Of a stretch of DNA of 32,000 nucleotides, positions 1 to 9,096 are shown piece by piece. A program made the position numbers and the translations under genes. Location of the stretch: assembly GCF_021054785.1 (NCBI RefSeq), contig NZ_CP088239.1, positions 1,050,001 to 1,082,000 on the forward strand, read 5' to 3'. This stretch comes from Tannockella kyphosi (GTDB taxonomy: Bacteria > Bacillota_I > Bacilli_A > Erysipelotrichales > Coprobacillaceae). The notes beneath the pieces are model-generated. The model searched no databases. It had not been told where the DNA came from and saw nothing but the letters and a program-made list of their open reading frames with translations. The first letter of the stretch is position 1, and the number at the start of each line of letters is the position of its first letter.

Positions 1-745
1 CTTTTAAACGTTGAGGAATGTATTTACGGATAATTGCTACATAAGATGGTAAATCACGGATATTTGCAAACAACATATCAATTTTTTTATCAATAACATT
101 CGTATATTCTTTAGCTTGTTCAAATTCTTGATCATTCATAAAGTTTTCAAGTTTCACAAAACACTGATCAATATCTTTAAACTCATTATCAATCAAAGGA
201 ATATAATCATCTATTTTACAACGATTTGTTTGATACTCATCTTGTGTATTACGATATTTTTCCTTTATTTTAATAATTGCTAATCGTTGAATATTTTCAA
301 CTTCTGTTACAGATTCAATTTCATCTAATAAAGTTTTTGAATCTTTTTCATATTGATCTATTTTATCACGTAGTAAACGTAATTTTCTTTTAACACCACG
401 AGTTTTTCGAGAATATAACTTTTCATCAATTTCATTAATAACAGATAAAAGTTCTGTTTCTTGAAAACGAGATAATTCAACATGACGTTTTTGAAAATTT
501 TCAAAATCAACATCAACATTTGGCATACTTCTCATAATTCCTTGTACTCTACCCAAACGGTACTGTATTGGTAATGTTTTTATCGCATTCATTTTGTTTT
601 CAAGCATTACGAATGTTTTACGAAAATTTTTCAAACGGAAAAAATAATAAGCTGTAAAAATAATTACAAACCCAAGAATTCCAACTAAAATAAGTATTTG
701 TTGTTCCCTTGATATCTGATTGATTATTTCGATTACTTGGTCCAT
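1..745 (-). CDS. ezrA: EzrA-like septation-ring regulator, N-terminal 248 codons (gene runs off the left edge)
   Basis: Absent from the ORF track because no stop lies inside the window. My reverse-strand translation from ATG 745..743 is open to base 1. It reads MDQVIEIINQISREQQILILVGILGFVIIFTAYYFFRLKN..., one N-terminal TM helix followed by long charged coiled-coil sequence ending ...IRDLPSYVAIIRKYIPQRLK, which is the EzrA architecture. A G-rich SD (AGGGGGAAG) lies at 749..757. A putative promoter has TTAGAC at 809..804 and TGTTATAAT at 788..780. Confidence 0.6.
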   Translation of the reverse strand, partial: MDQVIEIINQISREQQILILVGILGFVIIFTAYYFFRLKNFRKTFVMLENKMNAIKTLPIQYRLGRVQGIMRSMPNVDVDFENFQKRHVELSRFQETELLSVINEIDEKLYSRKTRGVKRKLRLLRDKIDQYEKDSKTLLDEIESVTEVENIQRLAIIKIKEKYRNTQDEYQTNRCKIDDYIPLIDNEFKDIDQCFVKLENFMNDQEFEQAKEYTNVIDKKIDMLFANIRDLPSYVAIIRKYIPQRLK

Positions 746-855
746 ATTTCTTCCCCCTATAGCTTTTTCATTCCTAAATATTATAACATAATTAATATAC
801 TATGTCTAAATTTTCTCAAAAATGATGTTATAAAAATCTATCTTTCCATTAAAAA

Positions 856-1692
856 TTATTCGTTCTTTTTTAAGTTTGCTTTGCGTCCAAAAAAAATACT
901 CATAACTAAGAATAAACAGGATATAATCTGTTTAAAACTACTATCTTGATAAATAATGAAAGCAAGTAAAGATGTAACAATTGGATTGAATCCTAAATAA
1001 TAACTAGTAGCAACACTACCAATCGAACGTATCGCTTTTAAAGTGATTAGTTGGATATAACAAAATCCAATACCAGAAACACTTAGAAATACTATCCACC
1101 ACAAGATCGGAACATTTTTCAAAGAAATCAAATGAAAATCCAACACAAAAAAGTTCAAAAATGTAATAAATATTGTTCCAATAAAATAATATTCAAAACA
1201 AAATGAAAAGTGGTTATTTAAAACTGATTTTCTTTGTATCAAGACATTTCCTATTGCACTACAAATAACACTTAGTAACATCAATAAATATCCAAAATTT
1301 AAATCTTGAATAGAAAAAACAAGAGAAATAAATATAGCTATAAAAGACAAGGTATGATAAGTAGCATCCCATCTATCTTTTAATAAGAGTAATGTTATTA
1401 TTGGTAATAGTCCATTCATACTAGCTAAAGAGGCTCCTGAAACAAATTCAATAGCTAAAAAAGTAAATAAAAAATTACAAAAAATTGCAAAAAAAGCAAT
1501 AAATATCATTTGTAAATTTATATGTAGTTGAATCCTTTGTTTTTTATAAATACATAAACAAAACAAAAGAACACATAACAATCCTAATCGTAGATTAGCT
1601 AAAAATAAAGGAGCTATGTATTGTGCCATTTCTTTCATCACTATTACATTAATTCCCCACAAAATACTTGCCAACACTAATTGTTTTATCAT
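856..1692 (-). CDS. EamA/DMT-superfamily membrane transporter
   Basis: 278-aa polytopic hydrophobic protein with about 10 predicted TM segments in a two-half layout typical of EamA-domain carriers. The SD GGTGATGA lies upstream of the ATG at 1692. Confidence 0.75.
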   Translation of the reverse strand: MIKQLVLASILWGINVIVMKEMAQYIAPLFLANLRLGLLCVLLFCLCIYKKQRIQLHINLQMIFIAFFAIFCNFLFTFLAIEFVSGASLASMNGLLPIITLLLLKDRWDATYHTLSFIAIFISLVFSIQDLNFGYLLMLLSVICSAIGNVLIQRKSVLNNHFSFCFEYYFIGTIFITFLNFFVLDFHLISLKNVPILWWIVFLSVSGIGFCYIQLITLKAIRSIGSVATSYYLGFNPIVTSLLAFIIYQDSSFKQIISCLFLVMSIFFGRKANLKKNE

Positions 1693-1737
1693 TTCATCAC
1701 CACTTATAGTATAACCAAAAAAAAGACCGAAAGTCGT

Positions 1738-2640
1738 TTATCGAAAATATTCGATACACTTCTTTTGGTCATTATTTAATTGTTCGATTAAATGTTCTAA
1801 AGATGAAAATTTCATTTCATTACGAATTCTTTGTTGAAAAGAAACTTTAATTATTTTGTCATAAATCATTTCATCAAAACCAAAAAGATGAACTTCTAAA
1901 CTTGGTTTTTCAATATCTCCAAATGTAGGATTAATTCCAATATTCGTCATTGCAAAATATTCCTGTTTTTCATATTCTACAACACAAGCATAAACACCAT
2001 TTTTTGGTAAAACATAATCTTTATAATCGACATTAGCAGTCGCAAAACCTAGTTGACTCTTTCCACGATGTTTACCATGAATGACTACTCCTTGAATACA
2101 ATAAGCATAAGCTAGAAACTTATTTGCTTTTTTGATTTCACCGTCTTTTAGTAATTGTTTAATAAACGAGGAAGAAACTCGGTGTTCTTGTAACATCAAC
2201 TTATCCACTACTACGGTAGGTGCAACCGCCTCTAACATAGTAGGATTCCCAGCTCCAAAATGTCCAAAATGGAAATCATAGCCACATACAAAACCTTTCA
2301 TATAATCATTTTTTAAATAAGTTTCGATAAACTGTTGAGGTGAAAAACTAGCGATTTCTTTGTTGAAAGGTAAAACAAACAAGTAATCTATTCCTTTTTG
2401 TTCTAACAACATTGCTTTATCTTCTAATGATGTAAGGTAGTTTTCTTGGCACGTTGTTAAAATACTTTTTGGCGACTTTTCAAAAGTAAGCAAAGCTTTT
2501 TTATGTTTATGAAGATTCGCTTCGAAAATCACTTTTTCAACCAATGCCATATGTCCTAGATGCATTCCATCAAAGAAACCAAGTGCTACAATACATGACT
2601 CTATTTTTATTTTTTTATTATTTAAATAAACAATTTCCAT
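1738..2640 (-). CDS. ribF: Bifunctional riboflavin kinase / FMN adenylyltransferase
   Basis: N-terminal GFFDGMHLGH nucleotidyltransferase motif and C-terminal riboflavin kinase region (PKNGVYA..., TNIGINPTF, LEVHLF). It follows truB as in Firmicute truB-ribF(ribC) operons. The preferred start is ATG 2640..2638 (SD AAGAGGA), overlapping the truB stop as TAATG. The track ORF extends to 2646. Confidence 0.9.
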   Translation of the reverse strand: MEIVYLNNKKIKIESCIVALGFFDGMHLGHMALVEKVIFEANLHKHKKALLTFEKSPKSILTTCQENYLTSLEDKAMLLEQKGIDYLFVLPFNKEIASFSPQQFIETYLKNDYMKGFVCGYDFHFGHFGAGNPTMLEAVAPTVVVDKLMLQEHRVSSSFIKQLLKDGEIKKANKFLAYAYCIQGVVIHGKHRGKSQLGFATANVDYKDYVLPKNGVYACVVEYEKQEYFAMTNIGINPTFGDIEKPSLEVHLFGFDEMIYDKIIKVSFQQRIRNEMKFSSLEHLIEQLNNDQKKCIEYFR

Positions 2641-3482
2641 TACCATAATCCTCTTATACTTTTTAAATATCCTGGATGACTAGGTCCATAGACAGCTACT
2701 ACTTTTTCATCACCATCTTTAATTACTGTTACTTCTTGTTTTTCACTTGGAATTAATTTTCCATGATAAGCAAGAGTTGGATCTTCCAATATCATTGTTG
2801 GAAAATGGGATAATGCTTTTTCAATTGTACAAAATGAAAAATTACCAGCTTCAATTTCTTCTAACGTATAGGCATCCTCTAATGAAAAGATACCAGACTG
2901 ACTTCTTGATAATTGTTTCATATGTCCTGGATAACCCATTGCTTTTGCTAGATCCACACATAAAGAACGAATATATGTTCCTTTTGAACAAAGTGTTTGA
3001 AAGGTTATTTCATTTCCTGCTATTTTTTTAATTTCTAAAGAATGAATAACAATAGGTCTAGGTTCTAATACTAACTCTTTTCCTTCTCTAGCATATTCAT
3101 AAGCCTTTTTTCCATTTACTTTAATGGCAGAATAGATTGGTGGGACTTGTAATTGAGCCCCTAAAAAACCATCAAAAGTAGTTTGAATTGTACTATCTTC
3201 AAGACCCATAAATTCCTTAGTTTCTAATATTTCACCACTAGCATCATAGGTATCAGTAGATACCCCTAACGATAAAACACACTCATATTCTTTTGTATCT
3301 GATTCTAAAAACTGTAATACTTTCGTTGCTTTATTAACACAAACAACTAAAACACCTGTCGCATCAGGATCTAATGTTCCTGCATGACCAACTTTTTTTG
3401 TTTTTAAACATCTTCTTAATTTATTTACTATATCATGGCTAGTATACCCAGCCGGTTTGTTTACGATTATTATTCCATCCAT
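2640..3482 (-). CDS. truB: tRNA pseudouridine(55) synthase
   Basis: MDGIIIVNKPAGYTSHDIV...GHAGTLDPDATGVLVV contains the catalytic Asp motif of TruB, with a PUA-like C-terminus. The preferred start is ATG 3482 (SD AAGGTGAT). The track ORF's 22-codon N-terminal extension (to 3548) has no SD. Confidence 0.9.
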   Translation of the reverse strand: MDGIIIVNKPAGYTSHDIVNKLRRCLKTKKVGHAGTLDPDATGVLVVCVNKATKVLQFLESDTKEYECVLSLGVSTDTYDASGEILETKEFMGLEDSTIQTTFDGFLGAQLQVPPIYSAIKVNGKKAYEYAREGKELVLEPRPIVIHSLEIKKIAGNEITFQTLCSKGTYIRSLCVDLAKAMGYPGHMKQLSRSQSGIFSLEDAYTLEEIEAGNFSFCTIEKALSHFPTMILEDPTLAYHGKLIPSEKQEVTVIKDGDEKVVAVYGPSHPGYLKSIRGLW

Positions 3483-3629
3483 TTTTATCACCTTAATCAT
3501 CTTAACAAAATTATAGACTTTAGGCAAAGATATTCGATTATTTTCCAAATATTAAAAAGAAATATTGAAATTGTTGATTCTAATTGATTTTTATCAAAAC
3601 ATTCGATAAAATGAGGAAGGTGATAAAAG

Positions 3630-4373
3630 ATGAGTATGAAAAAAATACTAGGCTGTATACGTAAAGCCGATGAAGAATTTAATATGATACAAGATGGAGA
3701 CACTGTTTGTGTTGGTGTTTCTGGTGGTAAAGATTCTATGTTATTGTTATATAGTATGGCTTTATATAAAAAGTTTGCAACAGTTGATTTTAACGTGGTA
3801 GGAATCCATATAGAGATGGGATTTCCAAATATGGACTTTTCTAAAGCAGATGAGTTTTGTCAGAAAAATGATATTACACTCTACCATGAACCAAGTCAAA
3901 TATATGAAATATTAAAATTAAACAAAACTGATGATGGTCGTTTACGTTGTTCATTATGTTCTAAATTTAAAAAAGCAACTGTTATTGATGCTGCTAAAAA
4001 ATATGGTTGCAATAAAGTAGCTTTTGCACATCATGGTGATGATGCTGTAGAGACATTGTTTATGAATATGATTTATGGTGGTAAAATAGCAACATTTTTA
4101 CCTAAAATGTATTTAGATAGAACGGATATGAACTTCATTCGTCCCCTTATTCTAGCCAGTGAAACAGATATCGTAAGTGCATGTACACAAGCAAATATCC
4201 CTATCGTTCCTTCGACTTGTCCAGCAGACAAAAACACAAAAAGAGAAGAATTTAAAAACTTATTAAATGATTTATACGAGAAGTACCCCCAATCAAAATC
4301 TAATTTGTTGCTCTCCCTTTCAAACGAGCAACAAATAATGCTTTGGCATAAAGAACCAAGAAATAAAAAATAG
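3630..4373 (+). CDS. ttcA: TtcA-family PP-loop ATPase (tRNA 2-thiocytidine synthetase-like)
   Basis: PP-loop SGGKDS, the CSLCSKFKK cysteine pair, AFAHHGDDAVETLFMNMIYGG, IRPL and a C-terminal STCP cysteine occur in the TtcA order. SD GAGGAAGGTGA lies upstream. Confidence 0.75.
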   Translation: MSMKKILGCIRKADEEFNMIQDGDTVCVGVSGGKDSMLLLYSMALYKKFATVDFNVVGIHIEMGFPNMDFSKADEFCQKNDITLYHEPSQIYEILKLNKTDDGRLRCSLCSKFKKATVIDAAKKYGCNKVAFAHHGDDAVETLFMNMIYGGKIATFLPKMYLDRTDMNFIRPLILASETDIVSACTQANIPIVPSTCPADKNTKREEFKNLLNDLYEKYPQSKSNLLLSLSNEQQIMLWHKEPRNKK

Positions 4374-4402
4374 AGGATTTTGTTCCATGAACAAAATCCT
4401 CT
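4372..4402. terminator. Bidirectional intrinsic terminator between convergent ttcA-like and tyrS
   Basis: Perfect inverted repeat AGAGGATTTTGTTC / GAACAAAATCCTCT with a very short loop. It is flanked by an A-run on the left and a T-run on the right. Confidence 0.8.
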
Positions 4403-4406
4403 ATTT

Positions 4407-5633
4407 TTATATATGTTTGATTACTACGTATTTCTTTTTACCTCGACGGATAACTGTTGCTTTTTTATCAAAGGCATTTTCTTTTGAAACAACAAATTCT
4501 AAATCTTGAATCTTTGTTCCATTAATTAAAACAGATCCATTATTTACAAACTCTCTTGCTTCTCTTTTACTTGATGCTGCCTTTACAGCAATTAAACAAT
4601 CTAAAATATTTAAATCTTCACTAATTTCCACGCTTTCAACACCATCAAATAAGACAGCTACTTGATCATAAGAAAGTGATGAAATATTTCCTGAAAATAA
4701 CATTTTTGACATATTAACAGCTTCATCATACGCTTCTTGACCATGTAAGAAAGTAATAACAGAATGAGCTAAAGCTTGATGCGCTTTTCTTAAATGAGGT
4801 TCACTTTGATGAGATTGTTCTAATTCATTAATTTCTTCTACTGATAAGAAAGTTAAGAACTTTAAATAATCAATTACTTTTGTATCTTCTGCATTAATAA
4901 AGAATTGATACATTTCATATGGTGATGTTTTTTCTCTATCTAACCAAATTGCTTTCCCTTCTGACTTCCCAAATTTTGTTCCATCACTTTTTGTCAAAAG
5001 AGGCATCGTAAATCCATAAGCTTGACCACCTATCTTTTTACGAATTAATTCAATACCAGCAGTGATATTACCCCATTGGTCTTGACCAGCTACTTGCAAT
5101 GTACAATCTTTGTTTTCAAACAACCATGCAAAATCTAATGCTTGCATAATCATATAAGAGAATTCAGTATACGTAATTCCGTCATCTAATCTTCTTTTAA
5201 CTACATCTTTAGAAAGCATATAATTAATGTTAAAGAATTTTCCATAATCTCTTAAAAAATCAATGAAATTTAAATCTTTCGACCAATCATAATTATTAAC
5301 TACTTCAAAACCAAAAATATCTTGTGCCTGTTTTTTCAAACAAGCAAAGTTATGATCTACTGTTTCTTTGGTAATCATCGGTCTTTCACTATCTGGTTTT
5401 GGATCCCCTATTAAACCAGTAGCCCCACCAACTAAAAGAATTGGGTTATGACCAGCTTCTTTTAATCTTTTACTAATTAAAAAAGATGAAAAATGACCAA
5501 TATGTAAACTATCTCCTGTTGGATCTGTTCCAATATAAAAAGTCATCCCTCCATTATTTAATTTTTCTTCTAAGTCAGGTGAACTAACATCTTTCACTAA
5601 CCCTCTCCATACTAATTCATCATAAATCTTCAT
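4407..5633 (-). CDS. tyrS: Tyrosine--tRNA ligase
   Basis: Class I motifs HIGH (SLHIGHF) and KMSKS-type (KFGKSEG), plus a C-terminal S4-like domain. It is preceded by a Tyr-specific T-box leader. Confidence 0.95.
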   Translation of the reverse strand: MKIYDELVWRGLVKDVSSPDLEEKLNNGGMTFYIGTDPTGDSLHIGHFSSFLISKRLKEAGHNPILLVGGATGLIGDPKPDSERPMITKETVDHNFACLKKQAQDIFGFEVVNNYDWSKDLNFIDFLRDYGKFFNINYMLSKDVVKRRLDDGITYTEFSYMIMQALDFAWLFENKDCTLQVAGQDQWGNITAGIELIRKKIGGQAYGFTMPLLTKSDGTKFGKSEGKAIWLDREKTSPYEMYQFFINAEDTKVIDYLKFLTFLSVEEINELEQSHQSEPHLRKAHQALAHSVITFLHGQEAYDEAVNMSKMLFSGNISSLSYDQVAVLFDGVESVEISEDLNILDCLIAVKAASSKREAREFVNNGSVLINGTKIQDLEFVVSKENAFDKKATVIRRGKKKYVVIKHI

Positions 5634-5651
5634 ATCTTTCCTCCTTGAAAT

Positions 5652-5857
5652 ATAAAAACGCCCTTAAATAAGGACGTCATTAACGCGGTACCACCTTGAT
5701 TCATGTAAAACATGCTCTTAATAGATATAACGTTCTAACCCGTCTAAGCTTTGCACTTAGAAACTCCAGAGTGTATTCACTAACTTCATTGACTTGTTTT
5801 CACCAACCACAAGCTCTCTTATAACAATTCCATTAATTACTATTTTCCTTCATAGTT
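5652..5857 (-). promoter_or_regulatory. T-box riboswitch leader, Tyr specifier (UAC)
   Basis: On the minus strand the promoter has TTGACG (5892..5887), 17 nt, then TGCTATAAA (-10 at 5869..5864). The leader carries AGAGAG and GGUGAAAA stem-I elements. The specifier context is GAA-UAC-A-CUCU, with UAC at 5775..5773. The T-box core is GGUGGUACCGCG (5695..5684). The terminator ACGUCCUUAUUUAAGGGCGUUUUU lies just before the SD. Confidence 0.9.
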
Positions 5858-5892
5858 TACTTATTTATAGCACAGATAATTTTAATCGTCAA

Positions 5893-6903
5893 CTAATTTT
5901 GGTGAGATGACTCACGTTCAATAAACATATAACGAACTGCAATTTCTTTTGATTCAATTGCTTCACCTTGTAAGAATTTTGTTAACAAACGTACTGCTAA
6001 CGCACCCATATCATATATTGGTACATTTAATGATGATAATTGTGGACGACACATAACAGCATAACTTGTGTTTAACATCCCAACAACATCCATTTCTCCT
6101 GGAATATCGATGCCATTTTCAATAGCTGATTGAATAACTGCAACACCATCTTTATCATACCCACAAAAAATAACATCATGTTTTTTATTTTTAAAATATT
6201 TTTCAAAAGTAGCTAAATTAAATTCATAACTACTCGTACTAGAAATAATATTATTTTCATCAAAAACCAATCCATTTTCATGATATGCTTCTTGAATACC
6301 TTCAATAACATCATCATTTTTAATTAAATTTTGTTTTGGAGAAACATATAAAATATCTGTTTTCCCTTTTTCAATATAAGGCATAATTAGTTCTTTCGCT
6401 GCATTTTTCACGTCAATATAAATAGAACCCATCGTTTCATTCGAAATTTGTTTACCAATAACTACAATAGGTAAATGATATCTATCAATACCTTCAATCA
6501 TTTGATCAATATGTTCATTATTAAATAAAATAACTCCATCTACTCTTGATTTAATAATTCTCTCCGTAACATCACTTACCGTATCATCATCACCAATATC
6601 ATCCGTAGTATACATATTAATATTATAGTCTAAGTGTCTTCCAGTATCTCCGATTCCACCAATCATATCTTTTACATGCGCAAATAAAGATTGTGGGAAA
6701 ACAATTGCAATCGTTGTTGTTTTACTAGTTGCAAGTCCTCTGGCTACTTCATTTGGTTTGAAATCTAATTCTTTAATTACTGCTAATACTTTTTCTTTTG
6801 TTTTCGCTTTTACAACACTAGAACCATTAATAACTCTCGAAACAGTAGCAAGAGAAACACCTGATTCTCTTGCTACGTCATAAATCGTTGTCTTTTTTTT
6901 CAT
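5893..6903 (-). CDS. ccpA: LacI-family transcriptional regulator, CcpA-like
   Basis: N-terminal HTH TIYDVARESGVSLATVSRVINGS...VARGLA. The C-terminal RPQLSSLNVPIYDMGALAVRLLTKFL closely parallels the B. subtilis CcpA C-terminal segment as I recall it. Its position next to ytxH/ytxG/murC and tyrS matches Bacillus synteny. The symbol is an inference from similarity plus synteny. Confidence 0.7.
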   Translation of the reverse strand: MKKKTTIYDVARESGVSLATVSRVINGSSVVKAKTKEKVLAVIKELDFKPNEVARGLATSKTTTIAIVFPQSLFAHVKDMIGGIGDTGRHLDYNINMYTTDDIGDDDTVSDVTERIIKSRVDGVILFNNEHIDQMIEGIDRYHLPIVVIGKQISNETMGSIYIDVKNAAKELIMPYIEKGKTDILYVSPKQNLIKNDDVIEGIQEAYHENGLVFDENNIISSTSSYEFNLATFEKYFKNKKHDVIFCGYDKDGVAVIQSAIENGIDIPGEMDVVGMLNTSYAVMCRPQLSSLNVPIYDMGALAVRLLTKFLQGEAIESKEIAVRYMFIERESSHQN

Positions 6904-7382
6904 TAGTCTTTTAAATCATCTAAGATGACAGAAATTTCTTCTTCTATCTCATCAATTCCTTCTTCAAGATTTTCAATAGCAGTAGAGTCTTTATCTTGAA
7001 TTTTAGTTTTCACTTCTGTCATTTTATCTGTTACATCATCACTTACTTTTTTAATAGCGTCTTTTACTTTCGAGTATTCTTCGCTAGATTGCATTGAAGT
7101 ATATAATTCTTCGACACGATCTTTTAATTCTACTAATTTATCCATTGAAGATTCTTTAAATTCATCTCCATCAAATTCATCAATCGTCTTTTTCATATCA
7201 TCAATTAAATCTTTTAACATTTCTTGATAATCTTCTTTTGACATTGATTTTGCTTTACCGTATAACTCATTACTTTTTTCTTTTAGTTCGCTTCTTAATT
7301 CTTCTCCTTTTTTAGGAGCTAATAACATCCCTGCAGCAGCACCAAGTCCTAATCCTGCAATAAATTTACCTAATTTCATCAT
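6903..7382 (-). CDS. ytxH: YtxH-like general stress protein (N-terminal anchor plus charged coiled coil)
   Basis: MMKLGKFIAGLGLGAAAGMLLAPKKGEELR is the YtxH signature start. The remainder is E/K/D-rich. The stop overlaps the ccpA-like start as TAATG. Confidence 0.7.
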   Translation of the reverse strand: MMKLGKFIAGLGLGAAAGMLLAPKKGEELRSELKEKSNELYGKAKSMSKEDYQEMLKDLIDDMKKTIDEFDGDEFKESSMDKLVELKDRVEELYTSMQSSEEYSKVKDAIKKVSDDVTDKMTEVKTKIQDKDSTAIENLEEGIDEIEEEISVILDDLKD

Positions 7383-7394
7383 CTTATTTCCTTT

Positions 7395-7685
7395 CTATTT
7401 TTTAAATATTTTTAATATTGTACCTATAAAATCAAATTTTGGTTTCTTCGGATCAAAAAAACGAGTAATAGATTCCACTGGTGTGTTTAATAAATCCAAT
7501 TTATAACTCACATCATCTGCAATTCGATCTACTTTACCTATCGTTGTTTGCCCCATTTCAATCGTTGTACCTATTTGTTTGACTGCAACAGCTGTTCTTA
7601 GAAAAAATATTCCTAAGGTTACAATTGTAAAAGCACCTGCCAAAATCAACAAACATAAACATACTTCCATTGTTGTCATATTCAT
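7395..7685 (-). CDS. ytxG: DUF948 / YtxG-like small membrane-anchored protein
   Basis: 96 aa with a single N-terminal TM helix followed by an amphipathic helix. It sits immediately upstream of ytxH as in Bacillus ytxGH. SD AAGAGGTGA lies upstream. Confidence 0.6.
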   Translation of the reverse strand: MNMTTMEVCLCLLILAGAFTIVTLGIFFLRTAVAVKQIGTTIEMGQTTIGKVDRIADDVSYKLDLLNTPVESITRFFDPKKPKFDFIGTILKIFKK

Positions 7686-7725
7686 TACTCACCTCTTTTT
7701 CTAATCATAGCATAAAAATATATCC

Positions 7726-8223
7726 TTATATAGTGTTTTGCTTGATAAAGATAACTTTTTCTTCTAATTTATAAATATCTTTACTCGACATAAACAAGAA
7801 TACTACATCATCATATTGAGCTAATTCTTTTGCACCCAACTCATCTTCACTAATAACTTTACTTCTTGGCAATAATTTAGCGATGTCTTCAATACATATA
7901 TCAATTCCATCTTCTTTCGCTGCATTTTCAGGGAATGGACAGAAATAACAATAATCTGCACTATCCATTGATTTTGCAAACTCATTAGCAAACCTTGCCC
8001 CTCTAGAAAAACGATCTGGTTTAAATACAGCTACTATTTTTTTACCTGGATAACGCACTCTAGAAGCTTCAATTACCAACTTAATTGCTGTTGGATGATG
8101 AGCATAATCATCTACATAGATATTATTTCCAACCTCTTTTACTGTATAACGGCGTTTCACCCCTTCAAAACATGCCAAACGTTTTTGAATGTAATTTGCT
8201 TCCATATTTTCTAAGTATCCCAT
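7726..8223 (-). CDS. murC: UDP-N-acetylmuramate--L-alanine ligase, C-terminal fragment (Mur ligase domain 3)
   Basis: ...FEGVKRRYTVKEVGNNIYVDDYAHHPTAIK...VAVFKPDRFSRG... is the MurC C-terminal domain. It is colinear with the upstream fragment after a 1-nt frame change. No SD precedes the ATG at 8223. Confidence 0.85.
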   Translation of the reverse strand: MGYLENMEANYIQKRLACFEGVKRRYTVKEVGNNIYVDDYAHHPTAIKLVIEASRVRYPGKKIVAVFKPDRFSRGARFANEFAKSMDSADYCYFCPFPENAAKEDGIDICIEDIAKLLPRSKVISEDELGAKELAQYDDVVFLFMSSKDIYKLEEKVIFIKQNTI

Positions 8224-9038
8224 GTAATAACAGCTAAAGCATTATATAACATATGTTTACCATAGAATGGTAAATCAAAATGACCAAATAATTCACCATG
8301 AATCACCACATCAAAAGACATTCCATTTTTTGATTCTAATACATTTTTAGCTTTGACATCATTGCGATCATTTAAACCAAATAATAAAGCTCTTTTTTCG
8401 AACTTCATCTTTCTAAGATATGGATCATCACCCCATGCTATGACTGTATCTTGTACTTGATTTGCAAATTTCTCAAAAGAAGAAACATACATCTCCATAC
8501 TTGTAAAGTAATCAACATGGTCCAATTCAACATTATTGATAATCGCATATTTTGGAAAATAAGATAAAAAGTGATCTTGATACTCACATGATTCAGCAAT
8601 AAAATAACGACTATCCTTTAAACCATGTCCAGTTCCATCCCCAATTAATACAGAAGTTTTATCAAACTCTTTAAACAAATGATACGCTAGACCTGTTGTC
8701 GTTGTTTTCCCATGTGTCCCAGCGACACTAATAGAAACATAATTTTCCATTAGATGTCCTAAGAAAGTAAAATATCGATGACAAATGACATTTTTATTTT
8801 CTAAAGCCGCTTTTACTTCAGGATGATCATCACCAAAAGCATTCCCAATAATAACTGTCATTCCATCCTTGATATTACAAGGATCAAAAGAATAAATAGG
8901 AATATTACGACTTTCTAGTTCCACTTGCGTAAAAATAAACTTATCAATATCACTACCAGCTACCTCATGTCCTAATTCATACATAATAGTAGCTAAAGGT
9001 GCCATTCCTGACCCCTTAATTCCAATAAAATAGTACAT
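8211..9038 (-). CDS. murC: UDP-N-acetylmuramate--L-alanine ligase, N-terminal fragment (domains 1-2)
   Basis: MYYFIGIKGSGMAPLA (Rossmann GxGxxG-like motif) and the ATP-binding P-loop GTHGKTTTT. The frame ends ...GKHMLYNALAVITWDT* at TAG 8213..8211, where intact MurC proteins continue. The preferred start is ATG 9038 (SD AGGGG). Confidence 0.85.
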   Translation of the reverse strand: MYYFIGIKGSGMAPLATIMYELGHEVAGSDIDKFIFTQVELESRNIPIYSFDPCNIKDGMTVIIGNAFGDDHPEVKAALENKNVICHRYFTFLGHLMENYVSISVAGTHGKTTTTGLAYHLFKEFDKTSVLIGDGTGHGLKDSRYFIAESCEYQDHFLSYFPKYAIINNVELDHVDYFTSMEMYVSSFEKFANQVQDTVIAWGDDPYLRKMKFEKRALLFGLNDRNDVKAKNVLESKNGMSFDVVIHGELFGHFDLPFYGKHMLYNALAVITWDT

Positions 9039-9096
9039 ACACAAACCCCTAGGTTATTAGCCTATTTCCTTTCTAAGTTATTTTATCTTAGCTATA

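Noticed and set aside
737-949. 70-aa plus-strand ORF in the ezrA-like/EamA intergenic area
   Set aside because: It starts inside the ezrA-like start region and runs antisense into the EamA gene end. It has low-complexity AT-rich codons (I/K/N/F/Y-rich) and no SD. It is a typical shadow ORF.
1693-1737. Possible terminator between ribF and the EamA gene (GAC-CGAAA-GTC next to an A/T run)
   Set aside because: The stem has only 3-4 bp. That is too weak to call from sequence alone.
8211-8241. Programmed ribosomal frameshifting as the explanation for the murC split
   Set aside because: There is no slippery heptamer, no obvious downstream stimulatory hairpin or pseudoknot, and no internal SD at the right distance. 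An indel (sequencing error or mutation) is more parsimonious. It is kept as a finding only because the gene is essential.
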